The notes under the pieces: generated by a model
What the model was told of the DNA's origin: nothing
Database searches by the model: none
What the model saw: only the letters and a program-made list of their open reading frames with translations
Source: Podarcis cretensis
Taxonomy: Eukaryota
Direction: 5' to 3'
Length of the DNA: 64,000 nucleotides
NCBI GenBank assembly: GCA_951804945.1
Contig: OX638154.1
Coordinates: 62,372,001 to 62,436,000, forward strand
Shown: positions 54,079 to 64,000 of the stretch, piece by piece
Layout: each line of letters opens with the position of its first letter
How positions within the stretch are numbered: position 1 is the first letter of the stretch
Made by a program: the position numbers and the translations under genes

Positions 54079-57000
54079 TTTACAGGAGATAACTTGACCC
54101 AAGATTCCCTGGATATTTTTACCCAACTGGTTTGCTATACTGATATTCAGTATATGTATTTAGGGAGTAAAAAGTTTCACAAAGACCTCAGTGCTGCTCA
54201 GTGTAACATATTGATGCACACGGAGTATATTCAGAACTTTAGCAAAGGAACTGAGGAAAGAATTTTGGAATACATCCGATTTCTACAGGTGGGAGAAAAA
54301 TAATTTATGAGACTGGGATCATAGGAGTGGCTAACAGAACACAAAGTTACCTCAAAGATATTGTGGAGGTCAAAGAAATATCTTTAAAGATTTTGTTTCC
54401 AGTGTCAAGTGGAACATAAAAGTGAAAAACCACCAAGAGCATCAAGAATTCAGCCAACACTAGTTTGACCCCAGTGAAGTTGGAATAACCCTACCCTACT
54501 AAGACATTTTTTATAGCTGAATCAGAAGCTTGACCATTTTTTAAAAACTAATCTAAGACAAGGACACCGAATGTGCTTTTTCTGGGCCATTTCAAATTCC
54601 CAATTGTCAATTACGAAAATAGTTGTTGGCAGTTTTGTTAGCGACTAATTTGAGCCAGATGTTGAAAAATATTAAGGCTGTACTTAATATCTCATAATCA
54701 CGAGGAAGGGAAGAATTAACAAGAGGAATTTGTGTTTAGGACAACCATAGGTTTATTTAGAATGTTGTAATGGTTACCGTACAATGTTTTAAAGGTCAAG
54801 AGCAAGAAGCATTTGGTTTCATTTGACAATTGAAATTTCAAATATAATCATTTATCATGAAGACCTATGACAAACTGCAATTCTGTTCTTCCTCCATAAA
54901 ATTGAAACATACAACATGGACCAAATAGCACCTACTACAATGTCCTTATTGTGTTGCCATTTTCACACATGGAATACAGCCTGTGTTCATGGTCTTAAAT
55001 ACCATTTTCTGGTAAGATGAAAGTTCAACTGTTGCTTAGCTTAGTGTGGAAAGTAGTTTGTGGGAAGCAGCTTACCACTGAGTTGTGCTGATATTCACCA
55101 TGTCACTGCAAAACACCCCCTCCCTTTCCTGGTTTGCAGGTCTGGTGACAATTACCAAAGCCACAATAGCAAATTGTGACATGTAGCAACATACTTGTAT
55201 GGAGAGTGGCCTGCAGAAACTAACCTTAATTGTGGCCCTTGCAACAAATTCACCACCATAAGCTTACTGCACTCTGAGCCTACCACATCTCATGTTACAA
55301 ACTATAGCTATTAGAGCAGTGGTGGCTAATCTGAGTCTTCCATATGTTGTTGCACTTCATCTCCCATCAGCCCCAGCCAACAGAGCCAAAAGTCAGAGGT
55401 GATGCAATACTTCAGTGTGATAGCTCCCTTCCCAATGCTAGGCTGGCCCCTTTGCTGTGTTGGTTTTGGCACCTGCTAGAAACCTTTTTGTTTCTGCAAG
55501 CTGCCCCAAGCATGTAATTTTATTAAAGATAATGGTTTTAGGATTACTGATTTTAATTCATTTTTGAAAAATGTATATATATTGACTTGGTTTGTTTTTA
55601 TTGGTACTTTCAATGAATATTTTAAATTTCCCTTTGTAGTCCCCTTAGAGGTTTGTTTTAATTGAGTAAGCAGTATACAGACTTTGTTAAATAAAATTTA
55701 AAAAGGGCCTGTAGCAGTTCAACAATGTCTAGAGGGCCCCAGGTTTGCCACCCCTCCATTGGGGTATAACTTGCTGGTGTGGAAGGTGTCATAACGGGAC
55801 TGCTCTCATGGATGAGTGGATCTTATTGTTCCCCCAGCTTGAGGTGAGCTGATACAAGAGGTTAAAGATGGTCCGTTTGAGAAATGGCTTTTCACAAGCA
55901 AGCAAACAGTAGCTGCAGTTCATCACACAGAAAACTGCAAGTTGTATCATGTTCACAAAGCATGTGAACTTACCCTCAGTAATGAAATCGATATATTCCA
56001 GGACTCAGACTGTGAGAGCACTGTCTGCTTTCTTGCTGACTTCTCCATTTGCACTGTTTGGTAAGGGCTCTCCTTTATAGCTACATGGATAGAAGTGGTT
56101 AAACTGTGTTGGATTTCAAGCCTTCTCCGCATTGAACAAGGTCACAGAAAGTACACCAGCAACTCGGAGAATATTTTAACTCTTCAGGGTCTGTTTTTAT
56201 TGGTTAGGCAGTAGAAAGCCGCATGGCTGTCTGCTTTTCCACCGCTCAGCCTCCCTTCAAGTACCTCCTATTTAACAGATGTACAAGAAAAGTTTTCACA
56301 TGCTTTTACATTTAAATTGTAATGTTTATTTTGTGGCCTCATAACTTTAAGCAGAGAGGTATTTTAAAGCAAGCTGTTTGAACCTACAGTCCTGTGCTCA
56401 GTTATTCAGTACTTCAGCAGCCCTGTGCGCACTTACTTTGAAATAAGCCCCATTGAATTTGATTCTTTTTAAACAGACGTAAGTCCCTTTGATTGTATGG
56501 GGCTTCCAGATCAGATTGCTTAGGATGCTATAATTTTCATATTTGTTCTTACTGTTTAGGGGTAGACAAGACAAACCGTATTTCCATTCGTCCGATTTTA
56601 ACAACTCATTGTAAATTTGCCTTCAAAGAACAAGACACTAAGTGTTTGAGCACTAATGGCTGCAATTGTAAACAAACTGACGCAGAATTAACAAAATTAT
56701 GAACATGATAGTAATCAATAGTGCATATTTCTATTGACTAGATAACCTTGGTATGATTAATTGTTTTGGTTAAGATGTAAATAATTTAATTCTGAAATTT
56801 GGGATAAAACGAAAACCTGCAAGCAGTTTATCTTGAGTTTTAAGTTATACCAGATATTTCCTTTTAGTACAACATCTAAATGCAAAATGGAGATGTTCTC
56901 TTTCTCCCAAACCTTGCAAATAATTGAGAGGCTGGGGTTGCTGCAGATTTCAATTAAGGGATGTGTGAGAGAAATTGTATGTGTGTGAGAGAGGAGGGGG

Positions 57001-57891
57001 GAGAGAGAGAGCTGTCTTATTTGTAAAGGAAATACTATCCCATGTAGATAGTCATCCACTGAAAATATTCAGTCCACTTTCCCCTGACATCTAATACCAA
57101 GGAATGTACCACATGCAACCCAAGTGATATTGGAAGTGTTGCAACTCCTTTATAGAAAGTCAAGCGGAAATGGCAGACTCTCCAGTTACTGAGTCCTAAA
57201 CTACAGACTCTACCTTGACTGCTCCCCTCCCACAACATGTTCATATGGAATAGTGATTTATGTGGTCCTTCTCCACCAGGCCATCAGGAACAGCTGCATG
57301 GACAGTCAACAAGACACTGAAAAATCCCCACGTTTTCTATCGCTTGCTTCCTTGGTTTCTATCTCACCATGAGATTAGGAACATACGATGCATCACATGG
57401 CCCTACTCTCACTTTCTATCCTTTCTAAATTCCAGCACAAGAATAAGTACTTCTGGAGCTGATGTTTCTGTCTAGCTTGGTCTGTGAGGGCTTAGACATT
57501 TTTCTCACCTTGGGGAAGCTACTAAAGGAAGTTTGATACCACTGTGGAGTTTGCAGCCAACTCTTTGGAAATGGGAGGAATATGAACTTAGTCTATATAT
57601 AGAAGGTGCAGGGAAGATATATGCCACAAATACCTTTGAAAATAATAACACTTGGGATTAATTTTATGGGCAAGTGCCCCTTCTTTCAGAGCAACACTCA
57701 TCACCTTTTTTCTTGATTAGAGCCAGCTTAATTGCCGACAGTTAAACTATTCAAGTTTTCTTTATTATTGCCCCATTCACCTTCCCACTCTGTTTGATTG
57801 GTAATGTGCCTATAAAATATTTTTAAAAATATATGTTAGAGTAAGGCACTTGATATAATTAAACTCGAAGAGTCTTCCCCCTACCCCAAAG

Positions 57892-58056
57892 CATGGGCGT
57901 AGCCAAGGGGGAGCACCGCACCGCCCCCAATCAAGTAAAACAATATAATTACTTAACTGACCAATCACATTGGTTCTGCCCCCCCCCAACAAAGATCCTG
58001 CCCCATCCAACAAAGTCTCGCTCCCCCCCCCCACAAAAATCCTGGCTACGCTCATG
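57892..58056. mobile_element. Non-autonomous TIR (hAT-type) element, 165 bp
   Basis: TIRs CATGGGCGTAGCCA / TGGCTACGCTCATG (1 mismatch). No clear TSD. Confidence 0.7.
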
Positions 58057-58188
58057 TTTCTAAGCTGGCTTTATGTTTTTCAAGCAGCTTTTCCTTTTCC
58101 GCCCTTTTCCCCTTTTTTGGTTACTGCAGACATTTATTTGTATAGCAAATTAGGAACAATAAACTTCTGTCTGATTTATTGTGTGTTC

Positions 58189-58346
58189 CCTCAGTTGGTT
58201 AGGGTGTAGTGCTGATAACGCCGAGCTTGTGGATTCTGTTTCCATATGGTCCATCTGCCTATTCTTGCATTGCAGGGGGTTGGACTTGATGATCCTTCCA
58301 ACTCTATATTCCAATCTATATTCCAACCTATATTCAATGATTGTGA
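58189..58346 (+). mobile_element. tRNA-derived (Ile-like) SINE with CR1-type tail
   Basis: ctcagttggttagggtgtagtgctgataacgcc head and ttgcattgcagggggttggacttgatgatccttccaactc tail, resembling the CR1 3' UTR at 19960-20000. Confidence 0.7.
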
Positions 58347-58549
58347 AGGTTGGAAATGAGCAGATATAATGAATGGACCAATTTCTAAACCTCTCTTAAC
58401 TAAACTATTATTTTTACAAATATCGCACTCAGTTTTGTATTGTTAATATGTGGCAAATACTCAGGTATTTATCAAAGCTTTGTGCAGGATAAGAACTTGA
58501 TTTAACTGCACATAGACGCAGGTATCACTAGCAGCCCCGAAAATAAATT

Positions 58550-59600
58550 ACTATTATTATTAAAACTGAATAGTCACATGTCCCTAAGTGACTTATATTT
58601 AAAACCATAAATCCATAGGAGCTTGGGCAGCACACTAACACTAAAACAGAATCAACTTAGTCAAGCAAGGGCCTGGGCAAAAGGTAAATCTTTACCTGAT
58701 ACAATACAGAGATATCAGTAAAGATGCCAGGCAGAGCATTCCACAGATGAGGAGCCACAACAGAGAAGGCCCTGTCCCTTATCATCCTGAGAGGATGGAT
58801 CTGAAAGGGACCTCAGATGAAGATCTAAGTGTCCAGGTAGATTAATATTGGGAGAAGCATTCCAGAAGTTATTGCAGGGGCAGACTTTGTTAATATGGTG
58901 TCCTGAGCAAGGACCCCTCCCTCTGAATATATCTTATTTTTGCAATAACTCCTTTTTTTGTGCCCACTCATCTCAGCACCCGGGGGTGGAGGACGACCAC
59001 CAGCACTGACCTAAATCCAGTGCTGTTATTAGAGTCCTGAGCCATGAGGAGTTTTAAAGGTCAAAATCAGCAAAATTGAACTCAGGAGTGTACGTCAGCC
59101 AGTGTAACTGGAATAGAATGGATGCTTTATTATCTGTTTTATTATAACACAGTTGGGCAAGCTGTGTTCTGCACTAACTGAAGCTTCCAAACCATTTTCA
59201 AAGGCAGTCCCACATAAAGCACAGTCCAGTTCTGAGCTTACCAGAGCATAGATGACTAAAGTCAAATGATCTCTGCCCAGATAGGGTCATAGCTTGGGAC
59301 ACCAGCCTAAGCTAGTAGAGAACACTCCACAGTACCAAGCCCACCACTGCCTCAAGTGACAGAAGTGGATCCAGAAGAACCTCCAAACTAAGAATTTCAG
59401 AGTGACTGTGACTCCCATCTAGAGCAGGTCACATAGCACCCAGCTAGACAGAGGAACCACCCACTAACGACATCTCCGTTTCAATTTATTGGCCACCATT
59501 CAGTCCACTATCATAACCGAGCACTAATTTAAGTACATCCACTGCCTCACCTGAAGAAGATGAAAAGGAAAAACAGCTGTGTGAGAGTAGCATAGTGACT
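58550..59600 (-). mobile_element. Decayed L2 LINE fragment, about 1 kb
   Basis: gcattccacagatgaggagccacaacagagaaggccctg is the minus-strand RAFSVVAPHLWNAL motif. A decayed YADD-region-like stretch lies near 59575-59595. Boundaries are approximate. Confidence 0.6.
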
Positions 59601-60227
59601 CCCAAACACTGTGTGAATCCACAGTTTCAAGTAGATAAGAAACTTACTTTAGTGTTTGCCTTCGGAGCCAACAGCCCCCTTACCACAGCAACACACGGGG
59701 ACAGCCAGATCTTGGTTATAGAGCCTGCAATGTGCTTGGAAAGGGTCTCCAGGTAGGGCTCAGAAACACCCCTATATGAAAGCCTTGAGAGTCACAGCCA
59801 GTCCCTACTGGGCAAGGTAAACCAATACTTAAATTGCCAAAGGACACAGAATTTGCCATTGCTTCATGGAGATTCAGAGAGACAGACCAAACCCCAAAAA
59901 TGATGGTGCAGGATCAGGGTTTTTCCCCCCTAGAAAAAGAGGTGGGGGAATTTGCTGAGCACCCACCCAAAGTTGAGCTTTTTTGGGGGGGGGAAAGAGC
60001 AGCCAAAGTTGTTGAGCACCCACCTTCTGCCAACCTCCACCTACACAGCCACAACCGTGACACCAACACAATCATGGCTCTGCACAGCCCCAACCTCAAA
60101 AGCTGCCAGAACGCATCAAAGAGGTGCCAGAACTCAGTTCTGGTGAGTTCTGGCTTGAAAATGTCCTGAGGATGATGAAGCATTTAAAGGAAAGAGACCC
60201 TACCAGGGATAAATGTGGAATAACATT

Positions 60228-60406
60228 GGGAAGGGCTGTGGCTCAGTGCTGGCGCATTGGCTTTCTATATAGAGTCCAAAGTTTGATCCCTGGCATCTGT
60301 AGGACTGGATATATTCCCTGTCTGAAATCCTAGAAGGCAGCTGTCTGTCAGTGTAGACTGTACTCATCTAGCCACATCAGGCAGCTTCTGGTGTCCCTTT
60401 GTTCCT
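60228..60406 (+). mobile_element. tRNA-derived SINE (Squam3-like)
   Basis: GGGAAGGGCTGTGGCTCAGTG head, gtttgatccctggcatct B-box region, gtcagtgtagac body and ggcagcttc...gttcctat tail. Confidence 0.65.
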
Positions 60407-62818
60407 ATAGCACTAAAGTCAGATTTATAAGGAAGTAATCAGTGGGCAAGATCCAACCCAAAGCAGAGCAATACGCTTTTCTGTTTTCTTCTGTTTTCTG
60501 TTTTCTTTCATATCTTAAATTGTGCCTGTGGTATTAGTAGTGAATATAATCGGTTGTTTACTGCCCAGCCAAGAAGTCTAAATGGTGGTTCTGTCCGGAA
60601 TCTCTGGTATTTAAGTTCTAGCCCAGTGGATTTTCCCATAAATATTGTAAAGAATCATTATTCTAGAGAGCACCCGTCAAGAACGACATGATTAAGTGCA
60701 AGGCATTTCTCTTCCCAAGAAAGTGGTAACTAATGGCACAATCTACTGTTAGTCCTTCTGTGAATATTCATTAATTGCAAGGAAGAACTTCCCAGTGGAT
60801 TGTTAGAAATACTGATTTATTGTCAAATCAATAAAGCTTTAAAAATAAAAATAAACACTGTATGGGTGATCAAAGCAGCTTTAAAACAAGTTAGCACTGT
60901 ATCTCTAAGGAAGTTCTAAACTTCATAGCACTTTCTTTATGAAAGGTATTGGTTTGTCAGCCGTGCAGGTTAATGATTAATGGGGCTAGAAATCCACCCT
61001 GAATTGTCTGTTTGGTGTTTGATTGTTGTGGCCAGCTAAAGTACTACAGAGTTCATAGATTCTCTGATTTCTGCTTTAAATCGTCTCTTACGCAGCTGCA
61101 ATTTCTTTTTGCCATATACCTCCATTGTCCTGCCAAACATACATGAGAGAGTTGAACTGCAGCTATGCATTCTCAGCTACATTTTTTTCCTTTTCCTTTT
61201 TGATTTTCTGCTCTCCACTTTCACCTCCCCCACCAACCTCCACTGCAGATAATGGTGTATTGGATTAGCCTTCCTTGCTGCTGCATCAGATCCCGATCGA
61301 TTTATTGACTCTGTCAGAGAGGCTAGTACAGTAATTGTTACAAGAGCAGAATGGAAAGCAAGAACATGTCCACATAAAAAATAAAAATGACATTTTGTTC
61401 TTTCTTTACCTTCCTCTTTTTCCTTACACTATAGATCTTTATGTGTATACGCAACAAGAGACCACTTAAATTAACCCATTACTTCTACATTATTAATTGT
61501 GACAGTTGGGGTGCTACATGATTACAAACATATTATTGAAAACATTGATCTCACTCTACTGGGGTGCATTTTAGTAGTTTTTTTTGGGGGGGCGGCTTCT
61601 CTGATGGTTGTGTCAGGGTATCACTGAATCACATTTCCTTGCTGGCATTAGGTTTTTAATATGAATGATCTTGGAACTGCATAAAATAGTGAATCCCAAT
61701 AAAATGGTAATAAAGAGACTGAAACCCCAGTCCTATGTGTGTATAACTGCAATGGGCCATGTAGCAGCTTGCAGCTGTGTTGGTACAATGGCAACCTGCA
61801 CTGTTGCTAGTAGAACAGACCTATCGCCCTGTGCCGTGTATTCATCACAATCCTGTTACAGTTCTAGCCCTATGACAGCTGAAATGTGTTTAGGCTTTGT
61901 TGAATATGAATCATCCATAATCTTTTTTCTTTTCTTTTTTTTTAACCTTTTTTTGCCAAAGAACTGTTTTTCTGCTTTAACGTAATGTGATGTCCTGGGA
62001 TCAGCCCACACCAGCCATAGATCATAATGTTATGCTGGCACATTCTATTTTTTATTATTGCAGATACAAATGAAGCTTTCATTAAACTGCACATAAATAA
62101 GAAGATATATCAAATGCCATACTTTAGGAATCCTAAAAATTTGCTTTTGCTATTGCTCAGAGGAGAAAGCCGCTGGCAAACTGCATGTTTATTCAGAAAT
62201 GAGACGCAATGAATTAAATGGGATTTAGTGCCAGGTTAGTCAGCACAGGATACACCTTGGTCGTAGGAAAGATTATAATGCTTTCCCCGGCATACAATTT
62301 TGCCAGGATTAGACTTTAAGAAACCAAGCACTTGACAAGGGTTATTAATGCATTCGCCCATGTAGCAGTTCCAGTGAAATCATCTGGCAGGGAAGATTCC
62401 ATTGGCACCATTCATTCATTCATTCAGTCATTCATTCATTCATTTTATTTGTATGCCACTTTTCCACACACACAAAATCATTCTCAAAGCAACTTGCCAC
62501 AAAAAACAGGGAAGCATTTCAAACAAATAACATTTAGTAATAACATAGCAAAACAAAAATATAATAACATACAATACTATACAATAACTTACAATACAAA
62601 ACACCCAATACTATAAATATAACAAGATTACTTAAACAAGCAGCATCGCAACAGCAAAAATAACATGTGAGCTTCACCATTTCACCTTCGTCCTAAAAAC
62701 ACCCCTTCCATGATGCTGCTCACAGTCAGTCTCCTGCAGGAGCTTCTTGTAAGGTTTCAAGGGCAAAGGGGTTGAGTAGTTGGAAACACCCACTCCTATG
62801 ACGTTGCTCCGCTGGAAG

Positions 62819-62890
62819 CTTCTTCTTCTTCTTCTTCTTCTTCTTCTTCTTCTTCTTCTTCTTCTTCTTCTTCTTCTTCTTCTTCTTCTT
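62819..62890. repeat. Perfect (CTT)24 microsatellite
   Basis: 72 nt read directly. It abuts an L2-type 3' end on the minus strand (62891 to about 62995). Confidence 0.95.
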
Positions 62891-63188
62891 TATTACAATT
62901 GTATACCACCTTTATCTGAACATCCCAGGGCAGTTCACAACAGAAAATTACAAAATGGGAATACAAAATACATAATAAAACAGAAACAAAACAGAAACAT
63001 GCTTGTATCTGGGGTGAATAGAACCTTTAGGGAATTTTCATAAAGACCTTGGGATACAGGGAGAGAGCTACCCTCCGGCCCCACATGACACACCTCGTTC
63101 CTGACTCTATATTCCACCCCGCAGTAGATTAAATTTAAACATTCACAGTTATCATCATGTCTTGTTTGGGCTTCAAAATGAATGGCTA

Positions 63189-63424
63189 TACCTCGGGTTA
63201 CATACGCTTCAGGTTATACACGCTTCAGGTTACAGACTCCGCTAACCCAGAAATAGTACCTCGGGTTAAGACCTTTGCTTCAGGATGAGAACAGGAATCG
63301 TGTTTCGGCGGCGCAGCAGCAGCAGGAGGTCCCATTAGCTAAAGTGGTGCTTCAGGTTAAGAACAGTTTCAGGTTAAGTACGGACCTCCAGAACGAATTA
63401 AGTTCTTAACCCAAGGTACCACTG
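63189..63424 (-). mobile_element. MITE of the 16821-17046 family in opposite orientation, one terminus eroded
   Basis: Reverse-complement match to 16821-17046. Ends ...GGTACCACTG|TA, while the left CAGTGG terminus is not intact. Confidence 0.88.
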
Positions 63425-63685
63425 TATTTAAAGAGAGTCAAGAGGTGTGAACCGAGATTTTTTTTTTTTAAAAAAAAGAAAGCATGCATCAAGAGTGTGT
63501 GTGTTTGTGGGTGTGGGTGTACACACACACATGCATGCATGCATGCATGCAGACTATCATTTGGCCTTAAAAAGAGCTTCCACCAGAGTTTGTGGTAATT
63601 TAAAAGCTCACAGTTAAAATCTGAGTGCTCAGAAGAGAGGGATAGCAACGTTAAATAATAATATTAAGATAATGCTATTAAAATA

Positions 63686-64000
63686 CAGTGGTACCTCGGG
63701 TTAAGAACTTAATTACTGTATTTTTCGCTCTATAAGACGCACCAGACCATAAGACGCACCTAGTTTTTGGAGGAGGAAAACAAGAAATATTCTGAATCCC
63801 AGAAGCCAGAACAGCAAGAGGGATCGCTGTGCAGCAAAAGCAGCGATCCCTCTTGCTGTTCTGGCTTCTGGGATAGCTGCGCAGCCTACATTCGCTCCAT
63901 AAGACGCACACACATTTCCCCTTATTTTTTAGGAGGGAAAAAGTGAGTCTTATAGAGCAAAAAATTCGGTAGTTCTGGAGGTCCATTCTTAACCTGAAGC
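63686..64000 (+). mobile_element. Third copy of the same MITE family, interrupted and running off the window
   Basis: TA|CAGTGGTACCTCGGGTTAAGAACTTAATTA, then an insertion, then GTTCTGGAGGTCCATTCTTAACCTGAAGC. Confidence 0.88.
63716..63969. mobile_element. pogo/Tc2-type MITE, 254 bp, nested inside another MITE
   Basis: TIRs CTGTATTTTTCGCTCTATAAGAC / GTCTTATAGAGCAAAAAATTCGG with TA at 63714-63715 and 63970-63971. Confidence 0.88.

Noticed and set aside
62780-63043. Poly-Leu ORF resembling a signal or transmembrane peptide
   Set aside because: Translation of the (CTT)24 microsatellite.
52644-64000. Final NFIA exon (SWYLG-stop) and 3' UTR
   Set aside because: No matching acceptor plus TCCTGGTAC-like sequence was found. 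It presumably lies beyond the window.

Overview
Eukaryotic, AT-rich vertebrate DNA from a squamate reptile, probably a lacertid lizard (Sauria SINEs, RTE-BovB, CR1, L2, abundant pogo/hAT-type MITEs). The whole window lies inside one + strand gene, NFIA (nuclear factor I A). Five coding exons are present (6-10 in human numbering: 4526-4653, 25558-25686, 42922-43100, 47138-47303, 52552-52643). All have GT-AG boundaries and splice into one open frame encoding the Ser/Pro-rich C-terminal transactivation region. The DNA-binding exons and the final exon lie outside the window, and nearly all ORFs in the supplied track are spurious. The most notable structures are intronic. (1) An intronless 98-codon piece of filamin A (FLNA) mRNA is fused directly to a CR1 LINE 3' end at 19940-20532. 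(2) A 1-kb composite insertion at 11002-12001 joins a BovB 3' end, through microhomologies, to copies of DNA from about 0.5 kb downstream and about 22 kb downstream (inverted). (3) That copy creates a ~550-bp inverted repeat bracketing the frame-neutral exon 7. (4) A candidate unannotated 51-nt cassette exon at 7680-7730 makes a stop codon when joined to exon 7 but reads through when joined to exon 8. Family names and human exon comparisons come from recall, not database searches; mismatch counts are manual.
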